Source: Podarcis filfolensis
Lineage: Eukaryota
Strand: one strand, 5' to 3'
Assembly: GCA_964270895.1 (NCBI GenBank)
Contig: OZ185435.1
Length of the DNA stretch: 64,000 nt
In this document: piece by piece, positions 1 through 11,256 of the stretch
Layout of the letters: each line of letters opens with the position of its first letter
Numbering within the stretch: position 1 is the stretch's first letter
Notes under the pieces: model-generated
What the model was told of the DNA's origin: nothing
What the model saw: only the letters and a program-made list of their open reading frames with translations
Databases searched by the model: none
Translations under genes and position numbers: made by a program

Positions 1-132
1 TGGAAATTACTGTAGTGTCAGTGTTTGTTTTTTTGAAATGAGCTTCAGCTTTTTGTGGATGTTGTCTTAAAATGACTAGAAAACAGTTGAGTTGTGGCTA
101 ATAAAAGGCTTTGTTTCTTTTATTTTTCAAAG

Positions 133-234
133 GAAATTAACTGTAGAAGAAAAAGATCGTTTGCAGAAAGAAGAAAAGCTTTCCAAAGTTGATGAGACAA
201 TCAGTCATGCTGCTGAAGAAGTGAACCGTTATCG
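133..234 (+). CDS. MIA2: MIA2/cTAGE5 internal coding exon (coiled coil; [33 protein letters not shown])
   Basis: AG at 131-132, GT at 235-236; translation resembles recalled human cTAGE5 [26 protein letters not shown]; phase continuous with the next exon. Confidence 0.92.
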
Positions 235-1642
235 GTAACTATGGATTTCATTTGGTAATTTCCTCTGCTGAATGAACAAAATTCAGTGGAGAATTAGACC
301 TAGCATCTTGAAACTTCTGAAAAATCAGAGGAGTCCTGTGGAGTAGTACCTCTAATCAAGTCAGTGAAGCCCCATTACAGTAATCACAACTGACTCAAGC
401 CCCTTCTCATAGTGTTTTGGGTGGAGAGAGTGGTTATCAGAGGCTTGGATCTGAATGTATCTTCCTTGAGTAGAAAGGCAATTCGCCAGATTTTGCTGCT
501 TTCCTCCATCCTGCTGGAGCCCACTGTGTCCCATTCCACCTCAATTCTAGATGATCCCTTCATCCTAAGGAGCTAGGAAAGCCCTGTTACGAAACTGGAG
601 TTCTGCTCATGCTTCTCCGGAACCCACCCAGAACTTCCCCTAAGGGGCAGGCAGCTTTAAGGTAGCTTTGCAGAGCTTGTGGGTCTTGACAGTCACCAGA
701 TTGACTGGATAGGTTATCCCTTTTTTAAGGTGCTAGATATTCTAGTGTCCCTTCTGCATCAGTGGAGGAGGTTCTTCTGCATCAATGTTCTAAACAAGGG
801 CTTGTGGGAGTGGTTGGGTGCAGAGATGCCAAAGAAGGATGTCAAAATCGTCAGAATGGTCAGTTCTAGTGCTTTCTTAAAAGAAAGGTGCAGACTTACA
901 GCAAATCAGCCTGCTAGGTCTCCCAGCCTTTATGGGATTGACATTGAAGTAAGGCGATGGCTGTCTGCACCCACACAAACATTCATACATTCTTTATAGA
1001 CAAAGCAGCATACATTTCTTGGCCAGGACTTCCCATCACTCCACCTGACCAGATGAGGGCATAGTTGGCAATGCCCAAGTCTTACAGATAGTTGCCCTTT
1101 CTGGGCCCAGAACCCAGCACTCCAAGCCCACAGATAAGGATAGCATCATAGCAAGCAAATTAGCTTATGACAAAACAAGTGAATATAAACATATATGAGC
1201 TCATTGCTACAGCTGCCAGTTAATAGTGGGGTTATCTTGACTACCAAGATGACATTTGCAGAGCTTCTGGAACAATTTGCCTTTGGTTCGACATAGCCAG
1301 GTTAATACCCTCCCCCAACCTTACAGGGCCTTGTAAATCAATGTAGGCTGCTAAGCTTCAATTGGAAGAGACCCCATTCAATTCCAGTTTTGTCTCTTTC
1401 ACAACAACAGAATTTTGCAGGCAGCTTGACAAAAGGGAAGAGTTCTGCAGGCAGGTTCCAATCTGCTTCAAAGGCTATCTGTTCTTGTCTAACTGGTGCT
1501 CTGCCTTCTGCTTCAGTAGGGCTCCCAGTTAGATTAGGTTTGGGGTTGTTACTTTTTTTTTAATGACATACTTTTCAATGTTTCTTAAGGTGTTGTGATA
1601 ATATCTGGTGTGCAAAATTATCCTTGTATAATTTCATTACAG

Positions 1643-1703
1643 ACAACGAGCAGAAGAACTAGAAGAAGAACTGAAAAAAACAGTTCACTCTTATGAGAAT
1701 CTG
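1643..1703 (+). CDS. MIA2: MIA2/cTAGE5 coding exon (QRAEELEEELKKTVHSYENL)
   Basis: AG at 1641-1642, GT at 1704; 61 nt; resembles human KRAKDLEEELERTIHSYQGQ. Confidence 0.9.
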
Positions 1704-1843
1704 GTATTTATATATATATATTCTTTTCTAAATTAGTACATGTGCTATGTTTACTATGACTGATTTCAGTTGGGTTTACTTCAAAGTATGCTTGCTTAGG
1801 ATTTCAGCATTATAGCATGATCCTAAGCATATTTACTCAGAAG

Positions 1844-2017
1844 CAGTCCTTTTTTTCTTATAAAATGTTTAGGGGTACTCTCATTTTGACTCAAGAAAAA
1901 CACCGTTTTGTAATTCAAATTGGGGGAAATAAATACAGTAAATGGACAGAAGTACAAAGATTCACAAAATGTTTAGGGGTATGCATACCCCTGCGTCCCC
2001 CCAGAAAAAAACCACTG
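1844..2017. mobile_element. hAT-type MITE
   Basis: TIRs CAGT..TTTTTT/AAAAAA..ACTG; perfect 8-bp TSD CTCAGAAG at 1836-1843 and 2018-2025. Confidence 0.85.
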
Positions 2018-3154
2018 CTCAGAAGTAAAATTCAGTTCAATTACTGTAAATTTGCTCCCAGACAAGTGTATAGCAGACTGAGGCCTTTGTTGTTATTATT
2101 TTTATTATTAATAACATATATCTTAAATGCAGCATCTCTCACCTTTAAAGATTTATTGACTTTGACCACAGGTGAGGAATGTATCCAGTGGGCTAGATCC
2201 AAAACTTCCCCACCTCTGTGGGCCATTTTGATAGGTGGATGGGGTTGCCCATATGTCAGTCCATGATGGCCCATGACATCAGGTGATGCAACACAAAAGC
2301 ACATCAAGTGAACTCCCATTTCTTCCTTCGCAGGTACGGCTTTTCAACTGAAGCAGTGGCTGTGAAGGAACATTCTACCTTTGCAGACATGGCTCATCTT
2401 TGAGTCACGGCAGCAAAGGAAAATTTCAGTTTGTGATTTGCTCCTTTTTGCATTTGGCACCATTTTCTTTCTACAGGAGGAGTACCTCTGCTGAGTTTAG
2501 TCGTAGCTTAGCGTTACATACGAACCACATTTCCTGGTTTAAAACAAGCTGTTTTAGTTTCTAAATAAGCCAACTTCAAACCATGTGTGAACCCAGCCAG
2601 TGCTATGTATTTAAGTACTCAAGATGTTAGTTTATATTTGATCAAAAGCATGCCAGATCATTTGCCAGCCCTCTCTCAACTCCTTGTGGAGAAATCGAAG
2701 GCCCACCTAAGCTCAGCATGAATAGGAGTGGGATGGGGGAATTCTTGTGTCAATTCATGCACTTTCCTCTTCCTCCTCTTTGGTTTCTGAGGCACGCAGC
2801 TGAGAAACAGAGGCATGCTAGTATCTGTCCAGATGGCATTCCTCTCTTGTGCCCGAGACACTTTCATTGGGGTAAAATCCTGGGAACGTAAAAAACAACA
2901 ACCTTGTTTGTTGTTGTGGATGAACTTGGCAAGAAAGAAGTGGAGATAAGAAAAGAAACAGCAGGAAAAAATGTGGGAAATGAGAGGAGGAGTGAGCAAG
3001 CAAGAGCACTGCAGGGCAATGTGGGAGAAAAACAGTATTGAGGAAGGCAGAGGGACCTGTGGAATGGAGGCACAACAGAGATAAACATTATGGAGTGGGG
3101 AAAGGAGAGAGATTAATAGAAGGTGGGTGTGGAGAGAAAGTGAATTGCCATATA

Positions 3155-3400
3155 TAGTGGTACCTCTGGATGCGAACAGGATCCGTTCTGGAGCCCTGTT
3201 CGCATCCTGAAGCGAACGCAACCTGCGTCTGCGCGGGTCGCGATTCGCCGCTTCTGCACATGCATGTGACGTCATTTTGAGCGTCTGCACATGCGCAAGC
3301 GGTGAAACCCGGAAGTAACGCGCTCCGTTACTGCTGGGTCGCCGCGGAGTACAACTCGAAAATATTCATCCCGAAGCTACTTCAACCCGAGGTATGACTG
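3155..3400. mobile_element. Tc1/mariner-superfamily (pogo/Tigger-like) MITE
   Basis: Imperfect TIRs TAGTGGTACCTC/GAGGTATGACTG, TA on both flanks, CpG-rich interior. Confidence 0.75.
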
Positions 3401-3519
3401 TACTTTCCCACATGTCATGTGCTAGCGTGGCTCTTTGGAATTAAAAAAATGCATCTTGCCTTTCAGACTGTGATTTGAGTTCTGCACCTCTGAACTAATG
3501 TGGAATTCTCTTTTAACAG

Positions 3520-3555
3520 GTTAAGTCCCATGAGCAGAAAGCTCATGATAACTGG
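3520..3555 (+). CDS. MIA2: MIA2/cTAGE5 36-nt coding exon (VKSHEQKAHDNW)
   Basis: AG at 3518-3519, GTAAG at 3556; SHE.KAHDNW motif typical of the cTAGE5/TANGO1 family. Confidence 0.92.
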
Positions 3556-4225
3556 GTAAGTTGCAAATGCTAAAAACTTGCCAGCCTTTCTGAAAAGTGT
3601 GATGCTTTCAAAAGGGGCAAATGCATTTTTAGTATTTTATTTTAAAATATTTGTATGCTACCTTTGAGAGATTCACCTGGATCTTTCTAATACACTCATT
3701 TGCCCCTTGCTCTGCAGCTGTCCCAAAACAACTGTTAGACTGCTCCTTTGAACTCCCCAAGTTTAGCCATTATGCTGGGTAAATTGACAAAAGTTGTTTT
3801 GAAGGTTTTCTGTGAGCTGCTATAAATCCAGATGTGCACCTGGGTGCTGCTACCCCACCCTGTTTGTTATCTTATTCATTTACCACCAGCTCCCCAATAG
3901 GATTTTAAAATCATATTTTATTGGGCCTTTTAAACTTGCTCTCTTTAAATAAGTATATTCTATCTCCTCTGATAAAGTCTGGTGCTATTGCTCAGTTGTA
4001 GGATCAGCTGCAGGGCTCTGCGTGCTGTTCAGTAGCAGAATTTGTGGCAGTTCAAGTTGTGTTTGGAGAAAAGCCACTTTGCAGTGCACTTCAGAAAGAA
4101 CTCTTTTTGGGCAGAGGAAAAATGGAGAAAGGGGGAAAAGCTTCCCACGCCCCTTGGTTCAGAATTGTAGGACCATAAAAATGCTCCTTTTCATTAGTAC
4201 CAGTAAAAAATAGGTGGGGTAAATC

Positions 4226-4402
4226 CAGTGCTTTTTTCCTTAAAAAAAAATGTTTAGGGGTACTCTCATTTTGACTCAAGAAAATCTCCATTTTATAGTT
4301 CAAATCGGGAAAAATAAATACAGTAAATGGACAAAATTACAAAGATTCACAAAATGTTTAGGGGTATGCGTACCCCTTCGTCCTCCCAGAAAAAAATCAC
4401 TG
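4226..4402. mobile_element. hAT-type MITE, same family as 1844
   Basis: Colinear with the 1844 copy; TSD GGTAAATC/GATAAATC (7/8). Confidence 0.85.
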
Positions 4403-5216
4403 GATAAATCTAATTTACCTCAAAAAGTACAAGCTTATGGCAGGAAAAGACTATATCAATATGAGCCCATGGATGCTGTGCCCAGTTTCCTCAGTGTCTT
4501 ATGGAATCTTTTTTTATAGCAACAGTAAATCCCTTCTTGTAAAAATAAATCCTTCCAAACCCAATGCCAATTTTAAAATGTTTGATTTTGCAACACTCTC
4601 CTGGCCTTGTTTCAATGCCATTTTAATAAATACTTTGGCTGTTTTTGCGGCTCTTATCTAAGAATAAAACAGTCTGTCCTCTGATAACATTACAGTAATG
4701 GGGAACAAAATGTGATTGCAAAACCCATCTTTCACACAAGACAAAAAATAAACCCCACCCCTCTCTTTCCTGTTATAAGGCACTCCAGTTTTATCAAGAG
4801 ATTCACACAAATGGAATCCAAGGCTTATATGAAAGCTTCCTCCAGAGCTTGAATTGGCATGGACCGCTAAAACAGATGGGAAGGGAAAATGTCCCAGCTA
4901 GTATTGAGGCCTTGCTCAACAACCGTTGGGTGGGATTCAATTAGTGAAGCCCCTGCACAGAGGCTCCGCACCCCTTCAAACTGGCTTGGGTGGCAGGTGG
5001 GAGAACTGGAATGGTTCCTGGGGATCATTCCATCTGGCAAGCCAAACTCCTTGCCCTGATGGAACGATGGAACGATCAGAAGAGTGCAACATTGAATTCC
5101 TCCCATTAGTTTGATCTGTACTAATCCTGCTAGACTTGGAGTAGCCAACATTACACTTCTAGATGTTCTAGTTACAGGTAGGTAACTAGACCGTGTTGGT
5201 CTGCTGTAGTCGAAAC

Positions 5217-5396
5217 AAAATAAAAAAATTCCTTCCAGTAGCACCTTAGAGACCAACTAAGTTTGTTATTGGTATGAGCTTTCATGTGCATGCACAGCTG
5301 TTGGTATCTGAAGAAGTGTGCATGCACACGAAAGCTCATACTGATAACAAACTTAGTTGGTCTCTAAGGTGCTACTGGAAGGAATTTTGTTATTTT
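5217..5396. mobile_element. Penelope-like element terminal-repeat remnant forming an inverted repeat
   Basis: 80-nt arms 5217-5296 and 5317-5396 with 4 mismatches and a 20-nt spacer; carries a hammerhead core; PLE assignment from recalled reptile PLE repeats. Confidence 0.7.
5301..5344 (+). ncRNA. Minimal type I hammerhead ribozyme motif (PLE-type)
   Basis: Stem I TTGGTAT/ATACTGA, core CTGAAGA 5308-5314, stem II GTGTG/CACAC, GAAA 5330-5333, palindromic AGCT, predicted cleavage after CTC 5335-5337. Confidence 0.75.
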
Positions 5397-5422
5397 ACTT
5401 CTAGATGTTGTTAGACTATACA

Positions 5423-5669
5423 GAGAGCCAGTGTGGTGTAGTGGTTAAGAACGGTAGACTAGTAATCTGATGAACCGGGTTCGCTTTCCCGCTCCTCCAC
5501 ATGCAGCTGCTGGGTGACCTTGGGCTAGTCACACTTCTCTGAAGTCTCTCAGCCTTACTCACCTCACAGAGTGTTTGTTGTGGGGGAGGAAGGGAAAGGA
5601 GAATGTTAGCCGCTTTGAGACTCCTTCAGGTAGTGATAAAGCGGGATATCAAATCCAAACTCTTCTTCT
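5423..5669 (+). mobile_element. tRNA-derived SINE (Squam3-type)
   Basis: A-box TGGTGTAGTGG, B-box-like GGTTCG, (TTC)n tail; near-identical to the copy at 48801; family name from recall. Confidence 0.8.
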
Positions 5670-6236
5670 ACACTGCCCATCATCCCAGCCCTGTTGGCCA
5701 TACTGATGGGCTGATGGATATTGTAGACTTCCACATGGAGGGCAACATGTTGGCTACTCATAGTTTGTTTTCACCAGCTCAACAGCACCATCTCTGTGTA
5801 AGTTGTGGGCGTCAGAGATGGTGACATTTTAGTAGCTACTCCATCTAAGGAGCATGCTAATTAATCTCCAACTTTTATGGGCAAGAGAACACCATCAGTA
5901 TTCCATAGCTTCTTTGTCTGTTAGTACCCATTGGGTCAAATTGCTAGTGAATAAGAAAGATCAGGATATTTAAAAGCAGGTTTACACCCAGACCCTTGAT
6001 GGAATCACAGTGGTCCAGCAGCTGCAAACTGCATTGAAATCAGCAGTCTTGCATTATGGTCTTTGCTCACAACAGGGGAGGGGTACTTCACTTTTAGTGT
6101 CATTTAAGCTGTTTCATAGGCTTTCTAATAGACTGCTGTTCTACGATAGGAGATAACAGTGTCTGAACTTTCAACTGGAAATATTTCTTAAGCTTTAAGG
6201 AATAGCAGTATTTAACAAGAACTTTTATTTTTAAAG

Positions 6237-6304
6237 CTGGCAGCACGGGCAGCTGAAAGGCACCTCAGTGATATAAGAGAAGAAAATGCATACAGTAGAC
6301 AAAA
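6237..6304 (+). CDS. MIA2: MIA2/cTAGE5 coding exon (LAARAAERHLSDIREENAYSRQK)
   Basis: AG at 6235-6236, GTAAG at 6305; resembles human LAARNAERNLNDLRKENAHNRQK. Confidence 0.92.
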
Positions 6305-6477
6305 GTAAGCATAAAAATGTACATACTGAAGAACTTGATTCTGTTGACGTACTGTTGTCACTGAATAATGTGCCGTCGTTCAGTTACTATGTGACACCAG
6401 TGATCAGTTATGTGGGTTTTCTGGAAAAATAAAAATTGAAACATATGCACAGGCTGATGTGTGTCATCAGCATATTA

Positions 6478-6711
6478 CAGTGGATGCTCAGGTTGCGAAC
6501 GTGATTCGTGTGAGAGGCACTTTCGCAACCCACCGCATCTGCGCATGCGTGGATCGCAATTTGGCGCTTATGCGCAATGCATGATTTAGCGCTTCCGCGC
6601 ATGCACGAGCGCTGCAACCCAGAAGTAACCCGTTCCGGTACTTCCAGGTTCGGTGCGGTGCGCAACCCTCAAACGCGCAACCTGAAGCGGCTGTAACCCG
6701 AGGTATGACTG
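6478..6711. mobile_element. Tc1/mariner-superfamily MITE related to 3155
   Basis: CAGTGG...AACCCGAGGTATGACTG ends with TA flanks. Confidence 0.75.
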
Positions 6712-6878
6712 TACTGACAATGTACTCCAAAACTCCGGATTTAACTTTCTGATTTAACAATTAATGCCTGTACTCTATTTCATTAACTGGTTTTTACCTT
6801 TTTTACCAGTTGAAAAGTTGAGTTCTAGAAAAAAATAGGGAAGAAGTTGGTTTAGTAACATGTTCTTCTTTCCTTTAG

Positions 6879-6961
6879 ATTAACAGAAGCAGAATTTAAA
6901 TTTGATCGTTTGGAAAAGGATCCTTATGCTCTTGATATGCCAGTTAGGGCATTTGGCAGAG
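6879..6961 (+). CDS. MIA2: MIA2/cTAGE5 coding exon (LTEAEFKFDRLEKDPYALDMPVRAFGR)
   Basis: AG at 6877-6878, GT at 6962; EKDPYALD motif. Confidence 0.93.
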
Positions 6962-7322
6962 GTACAGTACTTTTTTAAATGTGCATCTTCTTGAAGTATG
7001 AAGAGATCATGACTCCATTTATGTATAAAAGCATAGCTGGTCTTTATTCATGCAGGGATCGTTTTTATTTCATTGACCTGTAGCAGCAACAGCATATAGT
7101 ATTTTGATTCCCATTGTAATTTTTGTTCCTATTAACAATCTGTAGAGCATTTGAAAATTATTTAAAATGACTTTTTTTTTAAATTCCATGACTGATAATG
7201 AAGTCAAGAGGTTGACTTTTCTTTTGTCCCAAATTAGTTTTAAACCTAGGTGAGAAATGAACTATATGTCAGCCCATTAACTCTAACCTGTGAATTTTAG
7301 TATTTTGTTTTAACTGTTCCAG

Positions 7323-7454
7323 AGCACTCCCCATATGGACCCTCACCAATGGGCAGACCTTCGTCTGAAACAAGAGCTTTTCTTTCCCCTCCAACCTTAT
7401 TGGAGGGCCCCTTAAGATTTTCACCTGTGCTTCCAGGTGGTGGAGGAGGAAGAG
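7323..7454 (+). CDS. MIA2: MIA2/cTAGE5 coding exon, start of proline-rich domain ([34 protein letters not shown])
   Basis: AG at 7321-7322, GT at 7455; near-identical to recalled human [28 protein letters not shown]. Confidence 0.95.
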
Positions 7455-8899
7455 GTACAATTCTTAAATTTGAAAACTTAACTTTCATGGATTCTCTCTC
7501 CTCTTAGTCTATCCCTCCTTTCTTGGCAATGCATCTATCTGTAAAAGTATACTAAAAAGAACCCGGTTAAGAGTAAGCTTAAATTATCCATATAAATGCA
7601 CTCTAGCATAAAGGTCAGGAAACAGAAGTATACAGTACCATTATGACTCTATGTTCCAAAAACCAGTGTCTTGGATCTAAAAATGCTCTTTTACGTGTGA
7701 AAGATGTATTCTGCTCATGGAAGGATTCTTAACAGCACCTACTAGTGCTTTTTGTGCATATCATGAAACTATCTATGCTTCCACTAGTGCTGTCCATCCA
7801 TTTGTGGAACAGTCTATTTCCCCTAGTTTCTGCAGCTCATTACAGTAGATGGGTGCCCAACGCAAAACAAAAACAGAATAAAAGCATTTTAAAAAAACCT
7901 ACTTTACTCTTAATTTTTTAAACCAACACTGCTCATCCATCTAGCTACTAAAAGTGAAGCCAGTGCCATCTTTCAGATTCAAGAAAGGGAGTTTGAAAGA
8001 GTAGGCCTTTTATATCATTGTAGCAAGAATATTTGAGTCTCTTTGTATTTTAGGCTGTTGATCTCAACAGAAAAAAACAAAAGAGTTTTGTTTTTAACTG
8101 ATATGTATTGACAGCATGTGGTGAATAATCTCAGGAGCTGTTTCTTTTTGTTCTGGCTTTTGTTGGAGAGGATGGAAGAAATATGTCAATTTGCTGACTT
8201 GAAAGTGCAACTATACTCAGATAAATTCAGAGCCAGTACAAGTATAACAAAATAGGTGATAGACCAGCATAAATCAGCCAGAGTGAGTCAAACCTTAAAA
8301 GCTTCTCAACAGCTTCAATAATTAGAAATGAAAACGCTTTAATGTACAGTAGTTCAAAATAATGCCCTACTGGTTTAAAGCGTGTTTTCTCATTTATTCT
8401 TCTAAATGGGGGGGGGGGAATTCTCTAATCTTTTTCAGCTGTCTTCTTACTTTAAATATTAGAGATTTAAGGGAGGGGAGAATATTGCATTTGATGGGTT
8501 TGATCAAATTGCTTGGGGAAGGGGAAGCAGAATTGGGCTCTGAGGGAGGAGGAATCTCTGCCAAGATGTTGCCAACACTGATGAGGTTGATGAAAAGACC
8601 TTTAACGTTCTTTTTCCTCCCTTTGCCCAGTGAGAAGAATCAGAATATAATGTAGACTTTGTTTCAGGGTTCCTTCCACCCTCTTTCAAAGCAGCTGTCT
8701 TGGTATTTACTGTACTTTTGACTGACTGAACAGTTGCGCCCCTCCTGGAAAAAGAGCACAAGACTGAAATTCACCAAGGGAGCCATGTGTGTTATTCTAC
8801 CACCTTTCAATGTGTTGGGATCTCGTGGTTTGGTACTCGGTGAAAACTGCAATGACAGATGTCTCAAGTGACTGAATCCATTGTAACTTGTTCAATTAG

Positions 8900-9058
8900 G
8901 ATCAAGAGGACCGGGGAATGCCGGCATGTATGAAGTTAGTAATGAAAGAGGAGAGTTGCATTCTGACAGGTTATCTGATCCCCACAGACCACCTTCTGAC
9001 ACTGGATCTTTGTCACCTCCATGGGATAGAGATCACAGGATAATGCCCCCGCCTGCAG
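8900..9058 (+). CDS. MIA2: MIA2/cTAGE5 coding exon (SRGPGN...DPHRPPSDTGSLSPPWDRD)
   Basis: AG at 8898-8899, GT at 9059; SDTGSLSPPW motif. Confidence 0.94.
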
Positions 9059-9481
9059 GTAACTAAACACAGCCCATCATTCTCGGACATTTTCTTTTTT
9101 AATGGCAATTACAAAATGAAATACTGCTGAGCTCCCTTTTGTTTTGAACCGTGCTGTGACCTCTGGAGGGATCATTGCCAGGGCTTTTTAGGTTCAAGTG
9201 TTTGATGGTGTACCTAAGGGATAGCAGCATATGCATGATATATATGAGTCTGATAACTGCTTAAAGATTCCAAGACCATATTGTATAGTTGATTGACCTT
9301 GATAAATGGGATAGATGTGAGATTTCCATCAGCTACTAGGTTTAGCTAGCTATCGCCCCATGTCCTTTAGTTTGCATATTCCATAACACAAGGAATATAA
9401 GATATAAGTTGTTAATAAGCCATCATTGAGTAATTCTAATAAAATCTACTGAATAAATTGCACTTTTTTATTGAATGGTAG

Positions 9482-9610
9482 GTCAGCTGTATAATGAGCA
9501 ATCTCTTCCTCGAAGACCAGAAAGATTTTATCCCAGTCATCCAAACTCAGGAAGACTTTCAGGACCAGCAGAACTAAGAAGTTATAGCATGCCTTCATTT
9601 GATAAAGCAG
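9482..9610 (+). CDS. MIA2: MIA2/cTAGE5 coding exon (QLYNEQ...[21 protein letters not shown])
   Basis: AG at 9480-9481, GT at 9611; [13 protein letters not shown] motif. Confidence 0.93.
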
Positions 9611-10419
9611 GTAGGAACTGCTTTCTTTTAGTGCCCAAATAAAGGAGTTCATTACCAAATTTGGCTGCAGCAGTAAATAATCCTTTTCTGCTCAGAACTA
9701 AAGCCCAAAGAGCTTGAAATCCAAACACTCAGAGCACTTTCTGTTCTCTTGTTTGTAGCATATCAAAGAATGCCAGTAATGACTTTGGTATTTTGAAATT
9801 AATGTTCTTTGCTGTTTGTAATACCAAGCTGTAATCCATGTTTGTGATACAAAAAAAAAGAAAAGAAAAAAAGGCAGCACTCTCTCTATGTTAACTGGAC
9901 TGCTATGCTTTGCTTACCATAAGTCACATCATTCCTTTATCTCCATTCAGCATCTGTGGTCACATGTGGGAAGGAATAACCTGAATTCATGCTGAAAGCA
10001 AAAAGCCTTTCATCTAAGACATTTGACCCAAGATCAGTAAAACATTGATTTAGACTTTGAAACAGACCTTGTTCTCTACAACCAGCATAGCGTTTAAACA
10101 ATGCCTTTGGTGTTTACACACTGGTTGTTTTGAAAAGATAAATTTTCTTCCCTGAAATGATCATCTAGTAAATCTATACAGCAGCCTTGTCATTTATTTA
10201 ACTTCAGTAGGAAAAACAATAGTTCAAACTGGTTGTGAGCGGGAATGGCACTATTTGTTTTGTTTTTTGAAGTGCACAAAAGTATCAATACAGTCAACAC
10301 CTCTGTTTAGTAAATGTGCAAGAACATACGTTTCCACATCCATCTGTTCTTTGGAGGAAAACTGTTTTGGGACTACTTAATGCTAAAGTGCTTGTTGGGT
10401 ATTTCTCCCCCACTTCCAG

Positions 10420-10493
10420 ATGGACAAGCATCTGAGAATAATTCAGGAACAGACCTAAGTGGAAATGGAATAAGAGATCATCCCAATGACAGT
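10420..10493 (+). CDS. MIA2: MIA2/cTAGE5 coding exon (DGQASENNSGTDLSGNGIRDHPNDS)
   Basis: AG at 10418-10419, GTAAGT at 10494; phases fit both neighbours, but the sequence is divergent from human. Confidence 0.8.
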
Positions 10494-11027
10494 GTAAGTA
10501 ACAGACAAAAGACTGAGAAGATCAATTTCTTACTGAATCCCATTTGGTGCGAAAAAGGTTTGCCAAGTTTCTGCTGAATTTGACAGTTCTTTAAATTGAT
10601 TTTACACAGTATGTATTTTGCTGCAGCATTATTATTACCTTGTGGGCATTTTCAATTACTGAAGACATGTTAGCTAAAATAATAGTTTCACGACTGAATT
10701 TATTTACAACCTGCAAGAGCAAGAAAGATGAAAGGACTGAAAAGAAAGGTAGTTGGAAATGAGTGGACTAGCTTTTCATCGCAGGGGTGATGTTGTGTCT
10801 TGCTTTAATGAACTTCCTACTTGTAGCCTTTAGTTTGGCTCCATCTCAGTCCTGTTAGCCTACATTCCTGACTTGGATTGGACTTCTGCTTTGATCTGCC
10901 CTCTTTGTAGCTTGTAAATCATAGCTTCTTTTCAGGCTTACGTGCTTTGACAAGTTTCTCAGTGGCTTGAAAAAGTGGCACGAGCTTCTTTCTAAATCTT
11001 AACTTGCCCACTTCCCTTTCCTCACAG

Positions 11028-11256
11028 AATACGCTCAATGCCTCGGATCAGTCTCATGCACCTGACAATGGAGGCTTTGGGCCTGGAATTGTGCCGCCAC
11101 AACTGCCCTTACTGCGAGCTCCTCTAATGCCAATGGACCCAAGAGGGCCTTTCATGAGAAGAGGCCCTCCCTTTCCACCAGTGCCTCCTAGCGGATATGG
11201 ACCTCGAGAATATTTCCCAAGGGATTTTGCTGGTTTGCCACGTCCTCTTCTGCCAA
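11028..11256 (+). CDS. MIA2: MIA2/cTAGE5 proline-rich exon (GPGIVPP...RGPFMRRGPPFPPVPP)
   Basis: AG at 11026-11027, GTATGT at 11257; lies in ORF 11004..11348; RGPF.RRGPPFPP motif. Confidence 0.94.

Noticed and set aside
2676-3290. 204-aa minus-strand ORF
   Set aside because: Spans a Tc1/mariner MITE and purine-rich low-complexity intron; compositionally biased with no protein motif.
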